In this document: one piece after another, positions 17,748 to 25,782 of the stretch
Layout of the letters: the number at the start of each line of letters is the position of its first letter
How positions within the stretch are numbered: the stretch's first letter is position 1
Assembly: GCA_965237415.1 (NCBI GenBank)
Contig: CBDEFM010000002.1
Span: 256,001 to 320,000, forward strand
Direction: 5' to 3'
Length of the DNA stretch: 64,000 nucleotides
From: Alphaproteobacteria bacterium
Lineage (GTDB): Bacteria > Pseudomonadota > Alphaproteobacteria > UBA828
Translations under genes and position numbers: made by a program
The notes under the pieces: generated by a model
The model's input: only the letters and a program-made list of their open reading frames with translations
Databases searched by the model: none
Told to the model about the DNA's origin: nothing

Positions 17748-18761
17748 TCAGACGATAATGTCTGGGTCTGCGATCAGGGCCTCCTGTTCGGCGAGGATCG
17801 CCACCGCGTCCTCGTGGGAAACACGGACGAAGCGGGTCTCCTCGAAGGGGCGGATCTGACCGACGCGCGCCATGTCGGTGGAGATCACGACGGCGATCCG
17901 CGCGTAGCCGCCGATGCTCGGTGAATCGACGCAGAGCACGATCGGCTCGACGCCAGAGGGGACCTGCACGGTGCCTACCGGCGCGCCGGGGTCGATGACG
18001 ATGTTGGAGGGGTCTACGCCGGCATCCTCGTTCAGGTAGCGTGGCCGCCCCGGCTTGAAGGAGAGTTCTGGGCCGATGAAACGCATCCCCGTCCGGTCTG
18101 CCTTCGGGTTGAGCTTCCACGCGGTCGCGTAGAAGGCCTCGACGCTCTCTTCTGTGAAGTGATGTGCCTCCGGCCCGGCCACGACGCGCACCTGCATGGG
18201 CGGCGCGTAACGGGGCACGAGGTCTGGCCGCAGCCGGCGCCCGGCGAGTTCCATGACTGGGGCCTTCGCTGTGCCCACCGGCAGGCGGTCGCCTTGCGCG
18301 AGCGGCCGACCCTCCAGCCCGCCGAAGCCGCCGCTGACATGGGTAGCGCGGCTGCCCCGGTAGAGCGGCACGTCGATCCCGCCATGGACCGCGAGATAGG
18401 CCCGTGCGCCGCTCATCGCGAGGCCGCAGGCGAGTGTCTGGCCCTCACGCAAGACGAATGATGACCAGCACTGCACCGGCTCACCATCCAGGGTCGCGCC
18501 CGTGTCGGCGCCGGTGAGCGCCAGTACGTGGTCCTGTAGCGCCCTGAGCTTCAATCGGCCGAGGGTCATCTCAAGCCCAGCCGCGCCCGGGTCCTCGCGC
18601 ACCACGAGCGGACCTCCAGGCGGGTTGCCGACGAGCAGATTGGCGATCCTGAGCGCGAATCCGTCCTGCGCGCCCGAGGGCGGAATCCCGAGTGCCTGCC
18701 CGCCGCGCCGGCCCATGTCCTGGACCGTGGTGCGCAGGCCGCCATGGATCACTTCGAGCAT
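17748..18761 (-). CDS. pxpC: 5-oxoprolinase subunit C / allophanate hydrolase subunit 2 family
   Basis: TTVQDMGR, ANLLVGN, ARAYLAVHGG, DRTGMRF, GTVQVP, IGGY; TGATG-coupled to pxpB. Confidence 0.85.
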   Translation of the reverse strand: MLEVIHGGLRTTVQDMGRRGGQALGIPPSGAQDGFALRIANLLVGNPPGGPLVVREDPGAAGLEMTLGRLKLRALQDHVLALTGADTGATLDGEPVQCWSSFVLREGQTLACGLAMSGARAYLAVHGGIDVPLYRGSRATHVSGGFGGLEGRPLAQGDRLPVGTAKAPVMELAGRRLRPDLVPRYAPPMQVRVVAGPEAHHFTEESVEAFYATAWKLNPKADRTGMRFIGPELSFKPGRPRYLNEDAGVDPSNIVIDPGAPVGTVQVPSGVEPIVLCVDSPSIGGYARIAVVISTDMARVGQIRPFEETRFVRVSHEDAVAILAEQEALIADPDIIV

Positions 18762-19633
18762 CAGGCCGGCCCCCACGTGCTCTCGGGGTCGCGCTTCTCC
18801 TCGGGCTCCCCGATCTCAGCAAGCCAGTCCACATAGCCCGCGCAATCGAAGGTTCCCTCCTCGACCCGGTACGCGTAGGTGCCGGCCTCGACCTCTGCGC
18901 GAATCTCGTCGTATTCCTCGCGCGCGATCGATTCGTAGCGGTGGCGGTCGCCGGCGCGGGCTAGCACCGGGCCGTCGGCGAAGGCGGGGCTCAACTCCCT
19001 CGGGTCGAATATTTCGAGCGGGGTGCGGCCGAAGAGCTGGCCGCCCCCCGGCACGCGGATCGGATAGATGGTGGAGGTCAGACCGCCGAAGTTGAGCAGC
19101 CTGGCATGGGTCCACGTGCGGGGTGTGCGGTAGAGCGGCGCGCCGAAACGCTTCCCCGGGTCCATGGCGTAGGACATGAAGGCGCCGGGGACGAAGCCCA
19201 CGCCGGTGACCCAGTAGTCGCAGCGGGTGTGGGTCTCGATCACCTGGGCGACCGTCATGTCGTTGAACTCGGCGATGTATTCGATGTTGTTGCGCACGCC
19301 GAAGGCTTCGGCGCACTCGCGCGACCAGGGGTCGTCATAGAGTGCCGGGATGATCACCCGCCGGCTCGGCAGGGTCGAAACCGCGCCTTGGACTGCGATC
19401 AGTTCCTTCACTTGGGCGACGATGCGCGCGCGGGTGGTGGCGAGCGGGTCGAAGACGAGGCCGAGGGTGCGCACCTGCGGGTTGGTTTCGACAAGCCCCT
19501 TGGGCGCTTGCTCGCGCAGCGCGAAGTCGAGCGCCAGGATGCGGAAATTGAGCCGGATGCTTGTCTCGTCGCCGAACTCGACGTTGATCGCGGTGTCGCC
19601 CAGCGTCTTGAACACCGGTTCGTCGTAGATCAT
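18761..19633 (-). CDS. pxpB: 5-oxoprolinase subunit B / allophanate hydrolase subunit 1 family (long form)
   Basis: LGDTAINVEFG, YDDPW, VGFVPG, YP...PGGGQLFGRTP. Confidence 0.82.
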   Translation of the reverse strand: MIYDEPVFKTLGDTAINVEFGDETSIRLNFRILALDFALREQAPKGLVETNPQVRTLGLVFDPLATTRARIVAQVKELIAVQGAVSTLPSRRVIIPALYDDPWSRECAEAFGVRNNIEYIAEFNDMTVAQVIETHTRCDYWVTGVGFVPGAFMSYAMDPGKRFGAPLYRTPRTWTHARLLNFGGLTSTIYPIRVPGGGQLFGRTPLEIFDPRELSPAFADGPVLARAGDRHRYESIAREEYDEIRAEVEAGTYAYRVEEGTFDCAGYVDWLAEIGEPEEKRDPESTWGPA

Positions 19634-19809
19634 GCCGCCCCCGCCGCTGCCGTGCCGCCATCATGGACAACCCGCCCGCACCGTCAATCTGCCCGCACCG
19701 GCAGGTGATCATTCAACCTCCACTTGCGAGATGACCAACTAAGGTGTACATACTCTCAAGGAATGGTGAGCGCGGTGTTCGAGACCGACGCAGACGTGGG
19801 GATTGGACC

Positions 19810-20091
19810 ATGCCGACCAAGATCTTCAAGGTGGCCGAAGCCCGAGCCAGCTTCTCGAGCCTCTTGGTGCGCGCCAAGGAGGGTGAGGAGATCATGATTA
19901 CAAAGGGCAGCGAACCGCAGGCGCGCATCGTCCCGCCGGCCGAGGCTGCGCAGCGCGAAGCCGCGCCGCTCAAGCACCTCAACCTGCCCGACGATCTCTT
20001 CGACCGCGAGGATCAAGAGCAAGTCATGATCGACGCCGGCGACTACGGCGATTCCCTCGGCATCTGGCGCGGCCCGCCGAAGGTTTCGTGA
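19810..20091 (+). CDS. Phd/YefM family antitoxin
   Basis: VAEARASFSSLL...GEEIMITK; overlaps the downstream PIN toxin (GTGA). Confidence 0.85.
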   Translation: MPTKIFKVAEARASFSSLLVRAKEGEEIMITKGSEPQARIVPPAEAAQREAAPLKHLNLPDDLFDREDQEQVMIDAGDYGDSLGIWRGPPKVS

Positions 20092-20465
20092 GACTGCTTC
20101 TCGACAGCCATGCCGTCTACTGGTGGGTCGCCGGCAGCCGGAGATTGTCGGCGACCGCGAGGAAGCTGATCCTCGATCGCGAGAACGCCCTGCTGGTCAG
20201 CGCGGTCTCGATCTATGAGCTTGAGTGGAAGGCGCAGCGCAGCCGCATCGCCCTGCCGCCGCAGGAGCTGCGAGCTGCGCTCAGGCGCAATGACGTCGAG
20301 GACCTCGCCATCACCCACGACCATGCCGACTATGCGGCCCAGCTCGATTGGGACCACCGCGATCCGTGGGATCGCCTTCTGGCCGCCCAGGTGCGACTGG
20401 AGAACTGTTCCCTCGTCTCGGTCGACGAGGTCTTCGACGCCATCGGCGTCGACCGACAGTGGTGA
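20088..20465 (+). CDS. vapC: VapC/PIN-domain toxin
   Basis: LLLDSHAVYWW, SAVSIYE, HRDPWDRLLAAQ, LVSVD. Confidence 0.9.
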   Translation: MRLLLDSHAVYWWVAGSRRLSATARKLILDRENALLVSAVSIYELEWKAQRSRIALPPQELRAALRRNDVEDLAITHDHADYAAQLDWDHRDPWDRLLAAQVRLENCSLVSVDEVFDAIGVDRQW

Positions 20466-20571
20466 GCCGCCGGCGCCGCTGCCAGTCTACGCGCTATCCA
20501 TATCCGACAACACGGGGACAGGCGCTGCGCGCGGCTTGAACATGACCAGCAAGATCATCCATAAGCGGACC

Positions 20572-20820
20572 ATGATTCGAGTCAATGTGGCTGAGGCCCG
20601 GGCCCACCTCTCGCGTTATCTTGAGCGCGTCGAGCGGGGCGAGACGGTCGTTCTGTGTCGGCGCAACGTGCCGATCGCCGAGATTCGCGCTCTCCCCAGG
20701 CCGACACGCGAGCCGCGCCCGGTCGGCATAGACCGCGGCATGACTATCTCCGCCGCCTTCTTCGAGCCGCTTCCCGATGAACTGCTGGCGGCGTTCGAAG
20801 GTGGTGGCGAGGACACGTGA
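20572..20820 (+). CDS. Second Phd/YefM family antitoxin
   Basis: MIRVNVAEARAHLSRYLERVERGETVVLCRRNVPIAEI...FFEPLPDELL. Confidence 0.85.
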   Translation: MIRVNVAEARAHLSRYLERVERGETVVLCRRNVPIAEIRALPRPTREPRPVGIDRGMTISAAFFEPLPDELLAAFEGGGEDT

Positions 20821-20893
20821 GGCTTCTTCTCGATACCCACATATTCCTCTGGCTGGCGGCTGAGGCCCCTCATCTGACCTGTCCCGCCCGCGG
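20817..20893 (+). pseudogene. Truncated VapC toxin (N-terminal ~25 codons)
   Basis: GTG-coupled to the antitoxin; reads VRLLLDTHIFLWLAAEAPHL, then runs into the antisense 3' end of cutA and stops near 20954. Confidence 0.75.
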
Positions 20894-21235
20894 TCAGGCT
20901 TGGTCGGGATCGGTGGACGGAGGCACGGTCTCGGCGTCGATCCAGGCCAGATAGTCCGCGTTGCCGCCTGCGATCGGGAGCGCGATGACGCAGGGGCAAT
21001 CGTAGCTGTGCATTGCCTTAACCATGGCCGTGAGAGGCTCGACCAGATCGGCGCGGGTCTTCGCCCAGAGCATGGCTTCGTCGGCTTCACGCACTGCGCC
21101 GTCCCACCAGTAGACGGACGAGACGCCCGGCACGATATTGACCGACGCCGCAAGGCGCGCCTCTATCAAGGCGCGGCCGATGGCCTCAGCCTCGGGCTCG
21201 CTCGGGGCGGTCACGCAGACCGCGACGTGCGCCAT
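20894..21235 (-). CDS. cutA: Divalent-cation tolerance protein CutA
   Basis: ARLAASVNI, SVYWWDG, HSYDCPCVI, YLAWI; GGAGG RBS upstream. Confidence 0.92.
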   Translation of the reverse strand: MAHVAVCVTAPSEPEAEAIGRALIEARLAASVNIVPGVSSVYWWDGAVREADEAMLWAKTRADLVEPLTAMVKAMHSYDCPCVIALPIAGGNADYLAWIDAETVPPSTDPDQA

Positions 21236-21301
21236 CCCTTGGTCCTCCCAGTCGTTGCGGCGTGCTGGTCCGACGATACAACAACTCGCCCGTGCGCGAG
21301 T

Positions 21302-21318
21302 GGCGAGGAAGGCGTGTG
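21302..21318 (+). repeat. Target-site duplication, left copy
   Basis: GGCGAGGAAGGCGTGTG, matching 22701-22717 at 16/17. Confidence 0.8.
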
Positions 21319-22700
21319 TGTCGAGAACATTCTGAGTTGACCGCTTCTGTTGTTGTGGCTGGCCCTGTGGGGAAGTGGTCAGGCGCGGAGCGGTTGTCCA
21401 CTTGTCCACGGGGCTTTGGCCGGTCGCGTCGAAGCGGATCACGCGGCCTGCCGGGTTGAGGTGTCGATGGGCTCGCCGCCGGCCTTGTAGCGGGCCAGGC
21501 ATCGGGGTCCGTGGAAGACGGCGAGCGTGCCATCGGGATACTCGTGCACCCGGACCGTGGCCTTGACGTAGTGGCGGCGGTGGCGGTCGGCGGGGAGCTG
21601 GAGCACCCGGCGCTTGTAGCGCACGGTGTTGTCGTTAGCGACGGTGCGCTCCTCCTGGACGCAGAGGATATCGTCGAGCGCGCCGGCGAAGGGGACGAAG
21701 GCGGTGCCCTGGTCCTCGGCCGGGGTGGCGAAGTGGGCGTTGTGTTGGGGCAGATAGACCTCCTTGAGGAAGCGGTTGGCCTCGTCGATCCCGGTGATGC
21801 CGGCGAGCCGGAGTTCCTGGGGCAGGCGCTTCTGCAAGGTGCCGAACATGCGCTCGGAGCGCCCCCTGGCCTCGGGCGAATAGGCTGCGATGAGCTCGAT
21901 GCCGAGGCGCTGAAGCGCGCGCCCGACCTGGGTCGGGTTGTCCTTGTCCACCTTGCCGCCCGCGTCGGGCGTGTGCCAGTAGTGGCTGGCCCGGTCGGCA
22001 TAGAGCGAGCAGAACAGCCCGCGCTCCCCGATCACCTCGAAAAGCGCCCGGAGGCTCGACATCGTGCCCTCCTCCTCGACGAAGAAGGCCGAGTAGATCT
22101 CGCTCGTGGCGTCGTCCATGGTGACGATCAGGTCGAGCGGCGGCTGGCCGGCGAGCCACTCATGCCGCGAGCCGTCCTGGTGCACCATCATGCCGGGAAG
22201 CGCGCGGCGTGGGCGCTTGCGCCGGTGCGCGCCACGGCGCGGTGCCGCCCGCCTGCGCCCATACGCCTGTAAGGTCAGCCGCACCCAGTTGTAGCTGCGC
22301 TTGCTGCCGTGCTCCGCCACCAGCTTCTCGTGGAAGTGCTTGGCGGTGAAGTCCCAGTAGCGGGTGTCGAACAGCTCAAGCACCCGCGCCACTTCGTCCA
22401 CCGGCGCGCGACGTGCCGAGAGGCGGCCCAGGCGGCGATCGTAGAGACCCTCCGCGCCTTCCGCCTCAAAGCGATCGCGCCAGCGCCGGAAGGTGCGCTC
22501 CGAGACGCCCAGGATCTCCGCCGCCTCCGCTTGGCCCAGCACACCGCGACGGGTGCGCCCGTAAACCTCTTCGAACTTCATCAGTCTCAGCCCCTGTGCC
22601 TGCTCCGTCCGACGCATCCAAACCCTCCGTGGCTTGGAAGCCTTCTAAAGCCGGACAGATCATCTGGTACATGGACCGGACATATCCCGTGTTACCGACA
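21319..22700 (-). mobile_element. Insertion sequence, IS1202 group (ISNCY/IS481-related), about 1.38 kb
   Basis: Ends TGTCGagAACA / TGTCGgtAACA as an imperfect inverted repeat; internal CCGGACA repeats near one end; flanked by a 17-bp direct repeat with 1 mismatch. Confidence 0.85.
21439..22617 (-). CDS. DDE transposase (ISNCY/IS1202 type)
   Basis: HTH (AAEILGVSERTFRRW), HQDGSRHEW, MDDATS, LYADRASHY, SPEARGRSERMFGTLQKRL. Confidence 0.93.
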   Translation of the reverse strand: MRRTEQAQGLRLMKFEEVYGRTRRGVLGQAEAAEILGVSERTFRRWRDRFEAEGAEGLYDRRLGRLSARRAPVDEVARVLELFDTRYWDFTAKHFHEKLVAEHGSKRSYNWVRLTLQAYGRRRAAPRRGAHRRKRPRRALPGMMVHQDGSRHEWLAGQPPLDLIVTMDDATSEIYSAFFVEEEGTMSSLRALFEVIGERGLFCSLYADRASHYWHTPDAGGKVDKDNPTQVGRALQRLGIELIAAYSPEARGRSERMFGTLQKRLPQELRLAGITGIDEANRFLKEVYLPQHNAHFATPAEDQGTAFVPFAGALDDILCVQEERTVANDNTVRYKRRVLQLPADRHRRHYVKATVRVHEYPDGTLAVFHGPRCLARYKAGGEPIDTSTRQAA

Positions 22701-22717
22701 GTCGAGGAAGGCGTGTG
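22701..22717 (+). repeat. Target-site duplication, right copy
   Basis: GTCGAGGAAGGCGTGTG immediately after the IS end ...CCGACA. Confidence 0.8.
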
Positions 22718-22836
22718 TTGCCGGCTCAGCGCGTCTGCGATAGGGTGTGACGGTGGCTCTAGGGTGCGGAGTCGATGGTCCCGCCCCAAGTAACCCCAGG
22801 ATGGAGCAAGGGCCTAACGTGGGCGACAACGGCAGC

Positions 22837-23811
22837 ATGCAGGTCATCCTGGCGGAACCCCGCGGCTTTTGCGCAGGCGTCGAGCGGGCGATCGAGATCG
22901 TGGAGCGCGCCCTCGAAGTCTTCGGCCCGCCGGTCTACGTCCGGCACGAGATCGTGCACAACAAGCGCGTGGTGGAAGACCTGCGCAAAAAGGGCGCGGT
23001 CTTCGTCGAGGAGATCGACGAGGTGCCGGAAGGCGCGGTCACCATCTTCAGTGCCCACGGCGTCTCCGAGAAGGTAGAGAGCGAAGCCGGGCGCCGGAAC
23101 CTGCCGGTGATCGACGCGACCTGCCCGCTGGTGGCGAAAGTCCATATCGAGGCGCGGCGCTACGAGGGCGAGGGGCGCGAGATCATTCTCATCGGCCACG
23201 ACGGGCATCCCGAGGTCGAGGGCACCAGCGGCCGCGTGAAGAACGGCGTCCACATCGTCGCCACGCCGGCCGACGTCGCCAGGCTCGAGGTGGCCAACCC
23301 CGACAAGGTCGCCTACGTCACCCAGACCACGCTCAGCGTCGACGATACCCGCGACGTGATCGACGCGCTGACGTCGCGCTTTCCGAGCATCTCCGGACCC
23401 GACGTCAAGGACATCTGCTACGCGACCCAGAACCGCCAGGCCTCGGTGCGCAAGCTCGCCGAAGAGGTCGAGCTGATCCTCGTGGTGGGCGCGCGCAACA
23501 GCTCCAACTCCAACCGCTTGCGGGAGATCGGCGAGGAGATGGGCGTGCCAACCCACCTGATCGACGACGCCCGCGACCTCGACCCGACGTGGTTCGACGG
23601 CGTGCGCCGGGTGGGGGTGACCGCCGGCGCGTCCGCACCCGAAGAACTGGTGCAGGACCTGGTCGCCCGGCTGCGGGAGATCAACGCGGTCGAGCTTCAG
23701 ATCCAGGACGGGATCCAGGAGCGGGTGCGGTTCAAGCTGCCGGCCGAGCTGGTCGAGGCCAGCGGCAACGGCAAGGCGCAGAAGCCTGCCGCCGGTGCGC
23801 CCGGTGGCTGA
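22837..23811 (+). CDS. ispH: 4-hydroxy-3-methylbut-2-enyl diphosphate reductase
   Basis: [40 protein letters not shown]. Confidence 0.97.
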   Translation: MQVILAEPRGFCAGVERAIEIVERALEVFGPPVYVRHEIVHNKRVVEDLRKKGAVFVEEIDEVPEGAVTIFSAHGVSEKVESEAGRRNLPVIDATCPLVAKVHIEARRYEGEGREIILIGHDGHPEVEGTSGRVKNGVHIVATPADVARLEVANPDKVAYVTQTTLSVDDTRDVIDALTSRFPSISGPDVKDICYATQNRQASVRKLAEEVELILVVGARNSSNSNRLREIGEEMGVPTHLIDDARDLDPTWFDGVRRVGVTAGASAPEELVQDLVARLREINAVELQIQDGIQERVRFKLPAELVEASGNGKAQKPAAGAPGG

Positions 23812-23849
23812 GCGTACTGCGCCGGCATGACGCTCACGAGCGGTCCGCA

Positions 23850-25022
23850 ATGTCCGTCCCTCTGATCCAGAAAATACGTGTCGGCGCCTATATCGTGGGC
23901 AAGAAGCTCACGGGCGAGAAGCGCTATCCCCTGGTGCTGATGCTCGAGCCGCTCTTCCGCTGCAACCTCGCGTGCCCCGGCTGCGGCAAGATCGACTACC
24001 CGCCCGAGATCCTGAACCAGCGCCTCAGCGTCGACGAGTGCCTGCAGGCGGTGGACGAGTGCGGCGCGCCGATGGTGTCGATCCCAGGCGGCGAACCGCT
24101 GATCCACCCGGAGATCGGGGAGATCGTCGCCGGCATCATCGCGCGCAAGAAGTTCGTCTATCTCTGCACGAACGCGCTGCTGCTCAAGAAGAAGCTCGAT
24201 CTCTTCACCCCGACGAAATATCTGACCTTCTCCGTCCACCTCGACGGGCTGGAGGAGGAGCACGACCACGCGGTGGATCAGCCCGGCACCTTCAAGCGCG
24301 CAGTGGCGGCGATCAAGGAGGCCCGGCGCCGGGGCTTCCGCGTCAACGTCAACGCCACCGTGTTCGACGGCCACCCGGCGGAGCGGCTCGCCGCCTTCTT
24401 CGACTTCGTTACCGACGAGCTCGGCGCCGACGCGATCACCGTCTCGCCCGGCTATTCCTACGAGCGGGCGCCCGATCAGCAGCACTTCCTCAACCGCAGC
24501 AAGACCAAGGAGCTGTTCCGCGAGATCTTCGCGCGCGGCGCCGGTAAGAAGTGGCGCTTCAGCCAGTCCAGCCTGTTCCTGGATTTCCTGGCGGGCAATC
24601 AGAGCTTCCAATGCACGCCCTGGGGCAATCCCACCCGCAACGTCTTCGGCTGGCAGAAGCCCTGCTACCTGATCGGCGAAGGCTATACCGGCAGCTTCCG
24701 CGCCCTGATGGATGAAACCGACTGGGATTCCTACGGGACCGGGCGCTACGAAAAGTGCGCGGACTGCATGGTCCACTGCGGCTATGAGCCGACGGCGGCT
24801 GAGCACTCGCTGTCGCGGCCCTGGGCGGCGCTGATGGTCAAGCTGCGCGGGATCAGGACAACGGGGCCGATGGCGCCCGAGATCGACCTGAGTCAGGCGC
24901 GGCCCGCCGAGTACATATTCGACCGACACGTGCAGGAGAAGCTGCGCGACATTCGCCTGGCCGAGGAAGCGACGTCACAGACTCAGGAGAAGGGACGCCG
25001 CCCGGCGACCAACGCGGCGTAG
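23850..25022 (+). CDS. hpnH: Adenosylhopane synthase (radical SAM)
   Basis: YPLVLMLEPLFRCNLACPGCGKI, CTPWGNPT, CADCMVHCGYE. Confidence 0.95.
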   Translation: MSVPLIQKIRVGAYIVGKKLTGEKRYPLVLMLEPLFRCNLACPGCGKIDYPPEILNQRLSVDECLQAVDECGAPMVSIPGGEPLIHPEIGEIVAGIIARKKFVYLCTNALLLKKKLDLFTPTKYLTFSVHLDGLEEEHDHAVDQPGTFKRAVAAIKEARRRGFRVNVNATVFDGHPAERLAAFFDFVTDELGADAITVSPGYSYERAPDQQHFLNRSKTKELFREIFARGAGKKWRFSQSSLFLDFLAGNQSFQCTPWGNPTRNVFGWQKPCYLIGEGYTGSFRALMDETDWDSYGTGRYEKCADCMVHCGYEPTAAEHSLSRPWAALMVKLRGIRTTGPMAPEIDLSQARPAEYIFDRHVQEKLRDIRLAEEATSQTQEKGRRPATNAA

Positions 25023-25757
25023 CCGGTGCATCGCCTGCGCCCCGTCGAGCGCAAGCGTCAGCATATCGAGACATTCCCACGGCCGTCGCAGCAGCGCGAC
25101 GGCTATCGCCGCGCCGTCGACGCGGCCCTCCTCGGTAAGCCCGGCGAGGGCGGCCTGCGGGAGCGCGCGGTTGCTCGGATCGCTGACGACACGGAGCACC
25201 ACGAAGGGCACGCCTGCCGCTGACGCAGCACGGGCGACGACGTGGCTCTCCATATCTGCGGCTCCGGCGCGGGTTTGCGCGAAGAGAGAGAGCTTCTGAT
25301 CGCCGTACATCAGCGGGTGTTCGACGCCGGCGATGGCGCCGCCTTCGACCCGCTCTCCGAGACCCTGGCTCAGCAGCTCGCGCACGCGCCCATCCACCGC
25401 CAGGTAGCTCTCGGCCGGCGGCGGCTCCGGCGGCCCTCGCCCCTCGTCACGCTTGAAGGACGTCATCCGCTGGAGCTGGTCGCGCACACCGCCGCGATCG
25501 GGCGTTTCGACCTCCCCCTCGTGGGCAATCACCGTCTCGGGAAGCAACAGGGCACCCGGGCCGAAACGCGGGTCGAGCCCGGCGGCCAAGCCGTAGCTCA
25601 CCAGCAGCGTTACACCGCCAGCGACCATGGCGTCGGCCGCCTGCGCTGCCCGCGCCGGATCGGCGGCCGAGACCGCGATCCAGAAGTCGTCTTCGGGAAG
25701 GGTTGCCGCTTCCGCCGCGAGGCCCGTGATGACGCCGATGCGGGACCGGTCGGCCAT
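24975..25757 (-). CDS. hpnG: Hopanoid-associated nucleoside phosphorylase
   Basis: VITGLAAEA, LVSYGLAAGLDP, ADMESH, LRVVSDP; downstream of shc. Confidence 0.8.
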   Translation of the reverse strand: MADRSRIGVITGLAAEAATLPEDDFWIAVSAADPARAAQAADAMVAGGVTLLVSYGLAAGLDPRFGPGALLLPETVIAHEGEVETPDRGGVRDQLQRMTSFKRDEGRGPPEPPPAESYLAVDGRVRELLSQGLGERVEGGAIAGVEHPLMYGDQKLSLFAQTRAGAADMESHVVARAASAAGVPFVVLRVVSDPSNRALPQAALAGLTEEGRVDGAAIAVALLRRPWECLDMLTLALDGAQAMHRLRRVGRRAASLLLSL

Positions 25758-25782
25758 GGTGCCCCGGCCCTCAACCTTCTTG

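Noticed and set aside
21290-21335. VLDTHAFLA on the minus strand, resembling a VapC N-terminus
   Set aside because: It is formed by the junction of the IS end and the target duplication; there is no start codon and no downstream PIN motifs
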